The translations under genes and the position numbers were made by a program. 64,000 nt of DNA from Ascidiella aspersa (taxonomy: Eukaryota). Positions within the stretch are counted from its first letter, which is position 1; each line of letters begins with the position of its first letter. The notes beneath the pieces were generated by a model. The model was not told the origin of the DNA and did no database searches. It saw only the letters and a list, made by a program, of their open reading frames with translations. The stretch is from positions 30,380,001 through 30,444,000 of the forward strand of contig OZ004611.1 in assembly GCA_963924565.1 (NCBI GenBank). The letters run 5' to 3'. Shown here piece after piece: positions 1 through 11,900 of this stretch.

Positions 1-1108
1 TTGAGCAAATTTCTGTATTTTTTATGACTTGTACGTTGTTTTGAAGTTTCCAGCTGTATTGACGAAGTTTGAAGACGTTTTATCCGGGTTTGCACTAATT
101 TAAAACGAATTTTGAAATGTTTTCAGGCATTTTAGGCTGTTTTCAAGCTCTAACGGCTCGCAAAGCTTTGGCAAATATCAAGGTTTGCTTGATATTTAAA
201 TAAGATTTTATATCGAGAATTTTCCACAAAGCAAGCTTGGATAGCTAAATAACTAGTCGTTTTTTCTAAAAATATAAAAAAAATCCAAATAATTTATTTT
301 TTTCGCTTCTGGCGTAACTTTTTGCGGTGTTTTGGGAACGTTTTAAACCCTTTAACTAACCAGGCGTTAGTGTAGCACTGTTAAACGATTTCAAAATTTC
401 GATTTAGTCAAAGAATGGTATCAACAATGCTTAATATAAGTAATGGCGTAGTTTTGAGTTTAAGATATGCAAGTCGGTCATTTTTGAAGTCGAAGTTGTT
501 GACAAAAATATATAATCGTGAACAGCATAAAAATTTTGCGGGGTTGCATAGACTTGGAAAACTAGATTTAGTTTAGCTTTTGCAAATTAAATCAGAATTA
601 AATTTATATTTAAATCGCAATTTATTTTCATAAGACTGTGAATTTGTTTTTAATTTCTCTATCTAAATAAATATTACATGTGTGCTAGATTTTGTACGAT
701 TTAGCATATTCTATGCTTTTCAAAAAGTCACATACAAGTCTTTTCGACCAAAGACTATCGCTTCATATTCTTTTGTTTCGTCTGAGAGACTGAAAATAAC
801 GTTGATTAAAAGTACCATTTTTGTTAAATGAATTACGACTAGAAATACACAGAATTGGTCGCTTTTTGCTCTACTTTTTGAATTGATAAACTAGAATTGT
901 CTGGTTGCCCACGCCTCCAGTAGTTTCTAAACTGGGGCCGCTACTCTGCGAAACTATATACTTTGTTTTGCGCTGTTTTGCGCTCGTAATCACCAAGATA
1001 TTCAACAGTAAACTTAAGGAAACCGACTATCTCTCAAGAGGCCCTTAAAATGCGACGCGAATTTGTTTTTGCCAAATTAGTGACGTATATCTGATGACGT
1101 GTTTTGTC

Positions 1109-1122
1109 CTATCCATCAATCA
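1109..1122 (-). promoter_or_regulatory. Overlapping Pbx/Hox consensus sites upstream of Hox2
   Basis: Minus strand TGATTGATGGATAG contains TGATTGATGG and TGATGGATAG; several TGACG half-sites lie nearby (1081-1160). Confidence 0.3.
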
Positions 1123-1290
1123 CTGCTACCACTGACGTAGTCACTGTTACTACTGACGAAGTTTTGCCTGTAGGTTTGACTTAAAGATCCCAAAGTCCAG
1201 GTTGCGGGAACGAATTAAGGAGAAATGGGATTCTGCAAAAGTTTTATGAATAGGATCTAATGGTAATGATGTCGAAACGTCGTTTAATAT

Positions 1291-1415
1291 TTGGGTACAC
1301 TACGCTTCAGTTAATTTTTGAAGATGATACAAGCTCGTATCGAAAACGTCTTAATCAAGATGCTGTCGATCTACTCGACCTTTGTGGCTTTGGCATTTAT
1401 CAAGATACATTAATA
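1291..1415 (+). mobile_element. Family A repeat (hammerhead-bearing, Penelope-like non-autonomous element), inverted-pair copy
   Basis: ttgggtacacta head followed by an opposite-orientation arm TTGAAGATGATACAAGCTCGTATCGAAAACGTCTTAATCAAGATGCTGTCGATC, shared with 51286-51440 and 57437-57551. Confidence 0.65.
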
Positions 1416-2495
1416 TTTTTTGCACAAATTGTTATCGAACTGATTCTTCGGCCAAAGAACTTAAATTTATTTATGGTACACAACGTACATCATATATTGT
1501 TTAAGACTGATTACAATAACATAAAAGGCCCCGACTTTATAGCAAGCAACGTATGAGCATTTAAGTTTTTTTAGAGCTTCATGACCCTATGGTTTTAGCT
1601 TGGAAGCCAAAATTACACCATTTGGAAACGACAGTAATTGGGAATTCTTTTACATTTGGCAGTGGCCAATTCGGTGCGCAGTCAATCAGGTGTCGCGCAA
1701 CGGGCATCTCTCGCGTCTTTTAAGGCAAAATTACGTGACAATAAAAGATACACTGTAATACTTGCTCTTTTTAAGCCTGCAAATTTCCTCACAATCCAAA
1801 CTTGCTTACAATCCAGTTCCTGCATTGTGATTCTATTTTTACTTAACAACCTTCAGATTTGGGTTTCTGGCTATTTGAAAATGTATGATTGAGACGTATC
1901 GAGAAACTTTCAATAGGACAGTATATAGTATAATTAACAATAGGACAACAGGCGGACTTAAAGAAACGTTCATTTTGTGGTAAATTATGTGAATAACATC
2001 TTAAATGAGTTTGTTTTATGAGGTCTAAACGAACAGCAAGACTAAACCTTTAAATTTCCTGATAGCTCATATTCTATTTCCCGCATTTTCAGTTCGTAGA
2101 CAATTGCCCGCATTTCTCACGCATTTTTCTCAAGTTTTATAAGGTCATGTTTAAGATTCGAGGACGAATCTATTTCGCACGCTTAGTGGGTAAAAATTTA
2201 TAAATAAAGACAAGATAGGCTGATATTTCAAAATGACTTTTTTATAACACCCCATAATAGGCAAGTTAAAATAATGCTTGGGTGATTACTGATATTTACA
2301 GCGTGGAAATTGTCACATTTGCTTTCGCGCACCGGCAAAAATAAGTAGGTAAAAAAACAACGCTGAACGGCGGCACGACAGAAAAACATACCATTTCAGA
2401 GATAAATATTTGTAAAATGTCGATTATATTGCCTAACTTTTATAAAGAACGATTCTAAAAAAGACAGTTAAAGTCCAAAAAACGATCACAAGCTT

Positions 2496-3060
2496 AAAGG
2501 ACGATTCTATTGTACATTTGTCGTACTCAACGAATTTTGAAGCATATTTGGTAAAGCGTAAAACTCGGCGTACCGAGGTCGTGAGCAAAAATCAATCCCA
2601 ACGTACAAACTCAACGAGCAAGCTTCACCCGCTGTGAAGGGAAACAGTCAAACCAGTAAAGTTCTGCTAAAAAACGCATTTAAAAAAGCGTTTTTAAAGG
2701 ACGATTCTACTGATCAGTTTTCTAATTTTAAAGCACAAAATTATAAAACTATTTGTTAAAGAGCAAACTTGGCGTAGCGAAATCGTGTGCAAAAATCAAC
2801 CCCGGCGTTCAAACTCAATGAGCAAGCTTCACCGGCTGTAAGGGGTTACAGTCAAACCAGTAAAGTTCTGCTAAAAAAAACACGTTCAAAAACTTGTCAA
2901 GGGCGATTCTACAACTTTAAAGGGCGATTCTACGGACAAGTTTTCTAATTTTAAAGCACAAAATGATAAAGCTATTTGTTAAAGAGCAAACTTGGCGTTG
3001 CGAGGTCGTGTGCAAAAATCAGCCCCGGCGTTCAAACTCAATGAGCAAGCTTCACCCGTT
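2496..3060 (+). repeat. Tandem ~200-220-bp unit x ~2.7
   Basis: taaagg(a/g)cgattcta at 2496, 2695 and 2918, each followed by ...gcaaaaatca...aaactcaa(c/t)gagcaagcttcacc. Confidence 0.85.
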
Positions 3061-3339
3061 GCACTCTGCTCAGTTCGCAAAGGGCTGGCGAGCGCTGCTA
3101 AATGACATCACGTCTGCGCAGTCAGCCAAGCAGCCAGTCCGACATCAAGGTACAGCAGAAACGGCAGCCACAGACACAAGAACGGCCAGATCGGTCGCAC
3201 GTTTTGGCTCAAGGCCGCCGCTCCGATTTGTTTCCTTCCGAGCAGCGAGGCCAAAGACAGCAGCAGACTAGGAACAACCTTTTGCGGTCAAACACGATTT
3301 TGGTTGTTTGTTTTTTCGGCATTTCTTGGATAAAGTTCA

Positions 3340-4300
3340 GCCTCGTTTGTGATAATTATGGGATTGTTTTAAAGCCAGAAAGCAAATTGTCGTAAGTTTT
3401 TAGCACAGTTGCTAGGCCAATTGAATTTTTGCCAAGCGTTTTCAGAAAATAACGTCCATGCTCATTTGTTGGAAATATGCGATTAATTTTAAGGCCAGCA
3501 AAGCAAGGTATCGTAAAGTTTTACTCAGTTGCATTTGACGCAAGTGGATACCTATTGAATGTTTTTGCCAACGCGATTGTAAACGTTATAGTTCATGTTT
3601 GTGTATGGCAAAACGACGAATTTTTAGGCATGACGAGCAAAGTGGCGTGAAGTTTAAAAATGTTGTTCACTTATTTCTATGATAATGTTTCTAAAGGCGA
3701 ACAATGCAAGGTATAGTTAAGTTTTTAACACATTAGTTGCACTTTATGCAAGTTGATGCATATTGAATTTTCGGCAGTGCATTTTCAACAAATGGTTTAT
3801 GCTCTGATGCTGGAAAACGTTTTTTTTTTTCATATTCAAACAGCAGGGTTGTCGTGAGTTTTACTTCTGTTTGAGTTTGTGCTTCGGTTTCTGTTATTGT
3901 AAGTCTACAATAAATCAAGTTCATAATTGTTTGGGAAGAGACGACTTTTATCCACTATAGAAGAAAAGTAGTGTGAAGCTTTAAAAATGTGCAATTTATT
4001 TAACTTTTTTTAAGAAAGAATTTAAGCCATAGGTCACAAACGCTTCTTTTTGGGGGACTAAAAAACAGTTGTTTACAACAGAAAATCGGTGTAAAATTGA
4101 GTTTTGCTTAACATCAAAACAGTCAAGTTATTGCAATTTTGTTAATATATTTGCAAACGAAAGTTTATGCTCTTATAGGCCGATAAGTAACATGCGTTTT
4201 TAGGTCAGCATAGCAGGGTGTCGTATGTTTTACTTTACTCATGTGCTCAATGTAATTTTGTCTACGCGTTTTCAAGCAATGTCCAGGTTCATGGATCAAA
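3340..4300 (+). repeat. Highly degenerate ~120-bp tandem array
   Basis: Recurring tttta-ggc-agca-ggt-tcgt-agtttt motif near 3367, 3487, 3621, 3832, 3945 and 4197. Confidence 0.5.
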
Positions 4301-4899
4301 CAATTGGAATTTTCGCGAAAATATGGATATTGCAATTCTGTCACTGAGTTTAAAAGAAAGTTAATGGTCGGTGTTTAAAAAACGTGATTTGTTTATGTCC
4401 AGACAAGCCGGGTATACGGCTTTATTGTGCATTTATTTTGATTTGCAAATGCACAAACTGTGCATGGTCTTATTTATATTTATTTAAGTTATTACGCCGC
4501 GACGCTTTCCAAACAAACTTATATGTTCAACCTAAGAAGTCAAACGTCGAAAGTTCATGGTTTAATGTTAACAAAATGTGGCACAACTGCGGTAAATATC
4601 TATTATATGATATGAAAGGAATATAGAAGCCTATGAGAGGTATTTAAGTTAATCTTATGAATTATATGTATTACTAAGCTAATGACGTTCAGTCCACGAC
4701 CAAACAATGAGGGGGCGTTTTTTAATCCTTTTATTTGTGCATTGTTACAAATACATTTATCCTGATCATATTTCGTGAACGAAACAGGTCCAAATTGCAT
4801 TTTTGCCCATTTTAGCAGTTGATATAAAAAACGGTGTTGTGCTAATTGTCCAAGCTACGAAGAAGCAACAACCATTCGCTTTCAAGAAAAGACCACAAG

Positions 4900-5257
4900 A
4901 GGGCCACGTGCACAACGTCCAGCAATCTCTGTGACCTTCGCGCAACTGTCAAGGTCACTCTCATCGACAGGCGAAAACAAAATGGCGGACTAGTTCGGAT
5001 TTCGGTAAAAGGTCTTTGCTTTTTGCACGCGAAAATTGCCGGGAAAGGAAAGGGTGAGATCGTATCGAGAGATGCAGCCTTGTTAGCGACTTTCTCTCTG
5101 CCCAATTGCGGCCGGAGAGTGCGCCACTCTATTGCCCGTGTTTACTTTGCCAATGACAGTCGGCGCGCTATATAGCGTCCTGCCTTGACTGACTCTGCTG
5201 TTGTGTATTAAGTTAGGGCCGCGACCGCACGCAGAACGAACTGCAAACGCAGCAGCA
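4900..5257 (+). promoter_or_regulatory. Putative Hox2 proximal promoter
   Basis: GC/CpG-rich segment before the ATG with TATATAG (5169-5175), CCAAT (5150-5154) overlapping TGACAG (Meis/Prep, 5154-5159), TGTTTAC (forkhead, 5139-5145) and TCAAGGTCA (NR5A/ERR-type, 4949-4957). Confidence 0.55.
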
Positions 5258-5972
5258 ATGGCGACATACAGGGAAGCTGGCTTTATTAACTCGGAGCCTA
5301 CGTTCGCTGAATGCTTTTTGCCGCCTGATTCAACAGCCGCAGCTGAAAAGGCCTACCTTCAAGTTTCCCCGGGTGCCTCCATTAATTCAGCGTCAAGCGC
5401 CTACGAGGGCAATAATACGACTAACGAAGAGCGTTTGGCTGAGTCGGTAGGAAGCAACCAGTCGCAGCACAGTGAGAAGTGCAGCCCGACCGCTGCGAGC
5501 AAAATCGGGATCTCGCGAGGCGCCAGCGGGAAAATCGACTTCGGATTGCCGCCGAGCTCGCTTAGCGGAGTTGGGCTTGCTGCGAATCGGCCGCAAGACG
5601 CGAAGTACTTCGCCGCGGTGCAAAGACGCCGGGATTTTGTGTCGCCGCGTCTTGCAGAAGAAGCAGAAATGCAAGCGGCCTACTATACCCAAGATGGGGG
5701 TGCTTATAGCGGTTACCCCGTGTTTTACCCCCAGCCAAGTTACCCCCCAAGCGATGCCTCTACGGATTTGGGGACTTACCCAGTGGGCCACATGGCGCCG
5801 TTTGGCCAATGTGGTCTTAGGAACCCCGGGGTACAGCACCCCTACCAGAATGGGGGCCAATTAATCCCGTACGGCCCCAAAGAAGGTGGATGTGGGGTTG
5901 ATGAAGGGGGTCAGGAATTTCCTTGGATGAGAGAAAAGAAAACGCTGGGCAAAAAGACATCGGAAGGAAGAA
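5258..5972 (+). CDS. Hox2: Hox2 coding exon 1 (N-terminal motif to hexapeptide)
   Basis: ATG at 5258 in gcagcaATGg context; ORF encodes GFINSEP and FPWMREKK; donor AA|gtaagt at 5972/5973, phase 1. Confidence 0.93.
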
Positions 5973-8900
5973 GTAAGTTATTTAATAGTTTTTTTATTTT
6001 TTTTGACCAAGTTTTTTAGATGTCGTCTTTGAGGTTTGTGAATTAACAACAATATAAGAAAATATTAACGAAAATGCTGCATTAAATCACTTCACATTCA
6101 AGGAAGACGTTTGCAATTTTTTAATTATATTTTTATTATCTTTAAACTGGCATTATGAAAAGCACGTATGCTATAGGATAAAAAGTGATACATGGATTGA
6201 TCTAAGCAAAGTAGTCATAAAGTTTGGAAAGATATTGTCTTTGAGGTTTGTGAATTAACAACAATATTAAAAATAATGACAAAAATGCAGCATTAGTTCA
6301 TTTTACATTCAAGGAAGAGAAATGTTTTTCCCTGTCGTTCGCAAATTTCAGTCGACCGTAACTTCGAATTTGCAAAATCTTTTCATGGAATCGAAAAAGT
6401 GTGTTGTGGCACAAATGACACAAATGCAGCATTATGGTTGATTTTACATTAAAGAAAATAGATTTTGTGCGGCTTCGTTTGCAAATTACTGTCGACAATA
6501 ACTCCTAATTAAACAACTTATTTTATGGACCTATTTATGTATTCCTTGATAAGGATTATTTTAACCATATGCAAGGCCAAGTGCTCCTGAAAATATATGC
6601 ATAAAATTTTAAATTTTAAAACTACGCTGATTTAGATTGTGGCGTAAAAAGGTATCTTACCAAAAGACTACGCTATTTAAAAAAAAAAGTTTAATACATT
6701 TCAGACATCCTTCCTTATACATCTTAATGTTTGCTTGCTTTTTGTTATTCTAGGACTTATTTTTTTTCTAACGTTTTACTTTTCAATTTAAATCTTTTTT
6801 TTTTCAATTTAGATAATTGAACTTTTTTAGGCTTAACTTTAACTTCTTTTGATGGTTTATAAAATAAAATGAATATTTATTCAGGACATGAAATCAATTC
6901 AGTCCTCCTATAATTTTGTATGGTTAGTGTATGATACTCATTCACGAAACTCATTTATTTAACACAACATGCAGAACCATTGACTTTAATCTCAAGTTTA
7001 GTAAAAACTTCGAACCTAGTAATACATCTGTAACTTTAAAACACTTTAGCGTCATATATTAAACAAAAAGCTGAACAAGTAAAGGCATCAGCCTTCAATA
7101 ACGCAAAGCCACATTCATTTATTGTTGTGTTCTGTATTCCGAGAAAATTCTGGCATTTACGATTTCACATTTGCATTCGAAATAGTCAATTTGTGAAGTT
7201 GGACACAAATCAACATAATATTATTGCCAAATTAAAAGCACAGGGCACCAAGGTTCGGTTGAGCTTGTCTGGCTTTTTTGCACGTTGTTAAACACACTTC
7301 CAGCAAGTGCCAACGACAAAAAGAGACTTTTAGGCACTGTTCCAAATTATTACGGCATCTTTTTGCCGTAAATAGGCTTTCCAAAAATGCAAACAACACG
7401 TAAGCGTTGCTAAACTATCCCATCAACCTTTCCTTAACTAGGTAGAGCTTTTTTGCCGTTTTTTTTTACTTGTTAAACAATGTATTAAAGTACACCTATT
7501 GAGGTATTCCAAACATTTATTGAGGTACACTATGCACGGATCTGTAATGTAGCTCTATATGACTGTAGTTTAGAAGAAAGCAATAATAACCAGATCTTTG
7601 ATGCTTTTATGTAGAGATTTCGATATAGGGTTCGCAAGAAACATATTTTGTGTTTTTATTGTAAGTTTTTCGCAGGATTTACCGAAAGCGGCATATTGAT
7701 AAATGTATTGTTGTGAGTTATTCCGCATAGGCGGGGAAAATACAATGATTTTGTTTTTTTGTGTGTGATTTTGGTAATATTGCCTAAAACAGGTGTTGTT
7801 ATATATTTGTTGTGAAATTTTGCAAGGGTTTACAATAACCGCCGTGCTTTCAATTTTTCAATTTATTTGTGATAAATTATCGCAGAAAAATTTCGAAGAT
7901 AAATGTTTTTCGATGATATTGTGGGTTTCTGTTGGTTTGCACACTTAAGCATATGTTTTGCTGTTTTACTATTCGGTATGGTTACATTATTAACACAGAC
8001 GAGTGATTAGCAGTTTTCACAAAGCAACTGATACATGAGGTGATCTAAGCAATATAGTTGTTCGGAAAGATGTTGTATTTGAGGTTCCGGATTAACAACA
8101 ATATAAAAAATGACGCGACGAATCTCCCATCGACAAAACAGAACGCACTTTAAATGTTATAGAGTCTCGATTCCTCTTCAGACGTCCAGACAGAGACGGG
8201 GCAGCCCGGAAAATTGTCGCTCGAAAATTTAATGCAAATCATGCTGTAATGAATGTCGGGTTTAGCGCAATACGACGCTAAAAAGGGCGGCTCCATTTAT
8301 TCTAGGCCCGGACTTTAGTGCTATTTTCGCATTTAAAACGACTTGATAAAAAGGACAACTATTTTTCGACAAAAACGGCTATAAGTTTGGCTATAGTTTT
8401 TACCACAATATTCCTAAAGCGTATTGTATTTAATAGCGTTAATAAGTATATAATTAAAAAAATCCCTTATGGCGTATGTCCACTTCTCAACCCATTGGCC
8501 GCGCTCAAAATTCTGTGGCCATTTAATTGGGTTGGGTCGCCGACTGCAGCAGTTTTACATAGTTAGAATTGTGCAAGATTGGTACTGCGCAAAATTCTTT
8601 CAAACTTTTAAAAAGCTCCGAGAGAAATACAAAGACATATATTATATTTGTTAAAATCGAATTTACTTATGGTATTTTTCACATGCTTTGTTTCCTTACA
8701 AAACGTTAGTGAATAGAATTGGGTCGTCAAAGCTTTGCTGCTATATTTAAGGTGAGTATTTAAAAAAATCATAAACATTGGTCTACTGCTATGCGATTTT
8801 TTTCCAGCCTACTCAGGCAAATTTTCAATTTTAACACTACATGAATAGTTTGCAGAAAATTGGGGCAAAATTCTGTTTATAAGTCCAAAAAATATGCCCG

Positions 8901-11900
8901 GCTTTATAAATGGAGCTTTTCTACTTGTAAATCATCACGGGAGTCGTCTGTTGTGCGAAGCTTGTTTCTGTATGAATAGCAAATTAAGCGTGGCGAACAT
9001 TAGAAGGAAAATCCCCACAAAATATTGTCTGCATATTGAAATCGGGGACGAAATCTCGTTTGCAATGACGTTCTTTAATAAAATATATAAAAAATAGTAG
9101 ATAAAATGTCGTGTGGCTATACAACACTGTCGAGAAAAAGGGAAAATCCGTTAAAGGTGTTTAAAAGAAATAATTCCAAAAAATAAAGATTTTAAAACCA
9201 ATTTTAATTCACTAAAATCGTTGCAGCATATTTTTGTCTTTATTTACCCATATTCTTGCATCAATTACATTTTTGTTATGTCAACGGTTAACGGGTGCGC
9301 ATTTTATAATTAAATTTCGGTTTGTGAAATCGTGCATTTTCGCACACTCATAATGCAAAGTAATTTTCAGTCACATTAACTGATTATTTCAGTCACATTA
9401 ATTGATGAGGATACAAGCGCGAATCAAGACTTCTTTGTTAAGACTGTATACTCGACCTATATGGATTTGACATTTATTTTTCGAAGAGTTTTCACCTACT
9501 AAAAAAACACCTTTCAAAAAACACTGGAAAACAAGTTGGTCGTAGTTTGACATATAGAAAACGATTACGCGTGTAGTTTGCAGCGTCTGCAAAGCTTTTA
9601 ACTCGTCTTTCAACAGAAGGTGTAGCCTCGAGGTAAAAACACTATTTTCAATGGATTTTTTTGGGGGGGGGCTAGAAGGTTGTTTTAAGAGCCACTTAAA
9701 AAGTGAAAGTTTCGTTCAATTTTAACAACCATGACGCGATAATATTTTACAAACGCTTTCTGTTGCCAACACAAGTGAAAAACACAGCCTGTGATGAAAA
9801 CGACCAGGGCATTCAATCAGTAAATAATATTTCTTGTGTAAACTGTTTTCAAAGAGTCCGAGTTTATTTTAGATTCTTTTGTAATTGATAAACTTGTGCT
9901 TTTACAAAACGAATATAAATAAATGTCTCGGTAAGACTTAATAAAACACTATAGCTTGAAAACATCAAATAGCCCAATGAGGGCTAACAAAACAAATTTG
10001 ACATTTCAAAGCAAAAACATTATAGTTAGCGAATATAGTAAAGCTATTACATAAAAAAACAATTGACACATTTCTCTGTTTTGAAACGTTTCGGGAATAC
10101 CATGATGTTATCAATGTAAAGATGAAGGCACAAAAGTTTTGAACTCCAGCATAACCGAATGTGCGATTAACACAAATCAAAAAAACGTGTTTCTTATTTA
10201 TGAAATGCTTTTAGGACAGCGTTATAAACTATGGACATTTTAATTAGTCAATTATTTGCTTATAACTTCGTTCTCTTCGATTGAAGCATAAAAAAATCAA
10301 ACAGAAATGCGCATTGTGTTTAACTAATATAGCTGTGAAATAAACTGAATTACAACCAAAACCAAAAATAATATTCGCTATCCGTATAATCTGCAAAAAA
10401 AACATGTTTCAACTAATTATGAAGTGGAAATAAATTATGTTAAACGGTTAAAATTTCCTTGTGATTAGAAGTGAGAATAGAAAACGACAGAAAACTTAAT
10501 ATTTACGCCAAAGGCAAAAACAGTGACGAATTATAAACATCCTACTGAGTCAGCTATGGACGCCTGATAAAAGCATTACACGGTAACACTACCTTTGGTC
10601 CGTATGCTTATATCGTATTCAAGCGAATTTACGAACTCGAACCTAATTACTGCCTCTCCATCTGTTCGCTCAAAGATATAGAGATAGAAAGATGTAGCCC
10701 TGATGCTAATATCACGTTTGAGCGTGACTTTTATTGCTCGAAACAACTAACTCAACATCAGAGTTCATTTAAAGACAAAATCATCGAACAAAGTGGGTCA
10801 TCTAAAGTCAATGTTGACTAACGCAGTCGCTGATCTTTGTTTTTTGTTGTGGGGAACCATGAAATTTTGAAGTCGTGACTTTACAAAGCAACGTCAAAAC
10901 GTTCACAAAGTTGCATCTAAACATGGCACACTATACACAGTTTGATTATTTTGTTAAGATTTAAGAGGTGTTACTTGCAATACAAAAGCTACATTAAAAG
11001 GGTGTCATCAATTCGCGCAAAACGAAATGAACTTATTTTCACGCAAAGCGAAATAAACTTATTTTCACGCAAAGCGAAATAAAAAAAATTTGTAACTTGG
11101 CCAGAACATTTTTTACGACGTATGAAAAACGGATGTCCTATATTATTTAGCTTTTCAGATTTTTTCTTAAATAGGCTGAAGTGTCGAAAGGAAAGCTTAT
11201 AGCGGTCCGCCATTGAGTTTGTAACTTGGGTTAGCTTTATTGTTTAGGTTTAAGAATTAGAAAACTATTTTTCTAAACCAATAAACATATTGCCTATAGT
11301 TCTGATTAAACAATGACATCTCTTCTAGTATTATGATGTCACAAATTTCATTGTACCATTCGAAAAGTTTGAACAATGCACGAGTTACTTAGTGTTTATC
11401 CTAAATATATATCCAGTGTTTTGGGGGACCGAAACGGTCCCCTAAATTTCTCCAGCGGTTTCCCAAATTTTGGACTTGCAACTTTTTGGTATTTAAATGA
11501 AACACTTGCGGTCTCTTAAAACTACTTAGCGGTCACCCAAAACAAACCTTAAAAAAACCCTGTATATCACATTAGCCACATCCAAGCAAATCAAAACGAA
11601 ACGAAACTCACCGTGCGACATTGTTTCCCAACCTATGGGTCGCGACCCTTAATTGGGGCGCCGCTTAATTTGGTTAGGTCACATGGTGAGATGTGTTAAG
11701 ATAGGTTCATAGAAAAATTTCTTCAAAAAAAGTGAGAGAACAGAGAAATCTGAGGACATCAAGCAAATATTAATTAATTCGAAATTATTTATGCTTTTTG
11801 TTTTGTTGTTCTCTGACAAAAAATTCAGTTTGGAGAATTGGTTGCCAAAGCTTTGTCGTTCAAAACTGTGATTTTTTGCAGAAAAACCGCTCGAGTTTGT

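Noticed and set aside
4932-4957. Retinoic-acid response element near the promoter
   Set aside because: TGACCT and AGGTCA are everted with a 14-bp spacer, not DR1, DR2 or DR5; I found no clean RARE by eye.
5201-6019. 272-aa ORF taken as a stand-alone gene starting at TTG 5201
   Set aside because: The conserved Hox2 N-terminus starts at ATG 5258, and the ORF runs past a strong donor at 5973 into intron.
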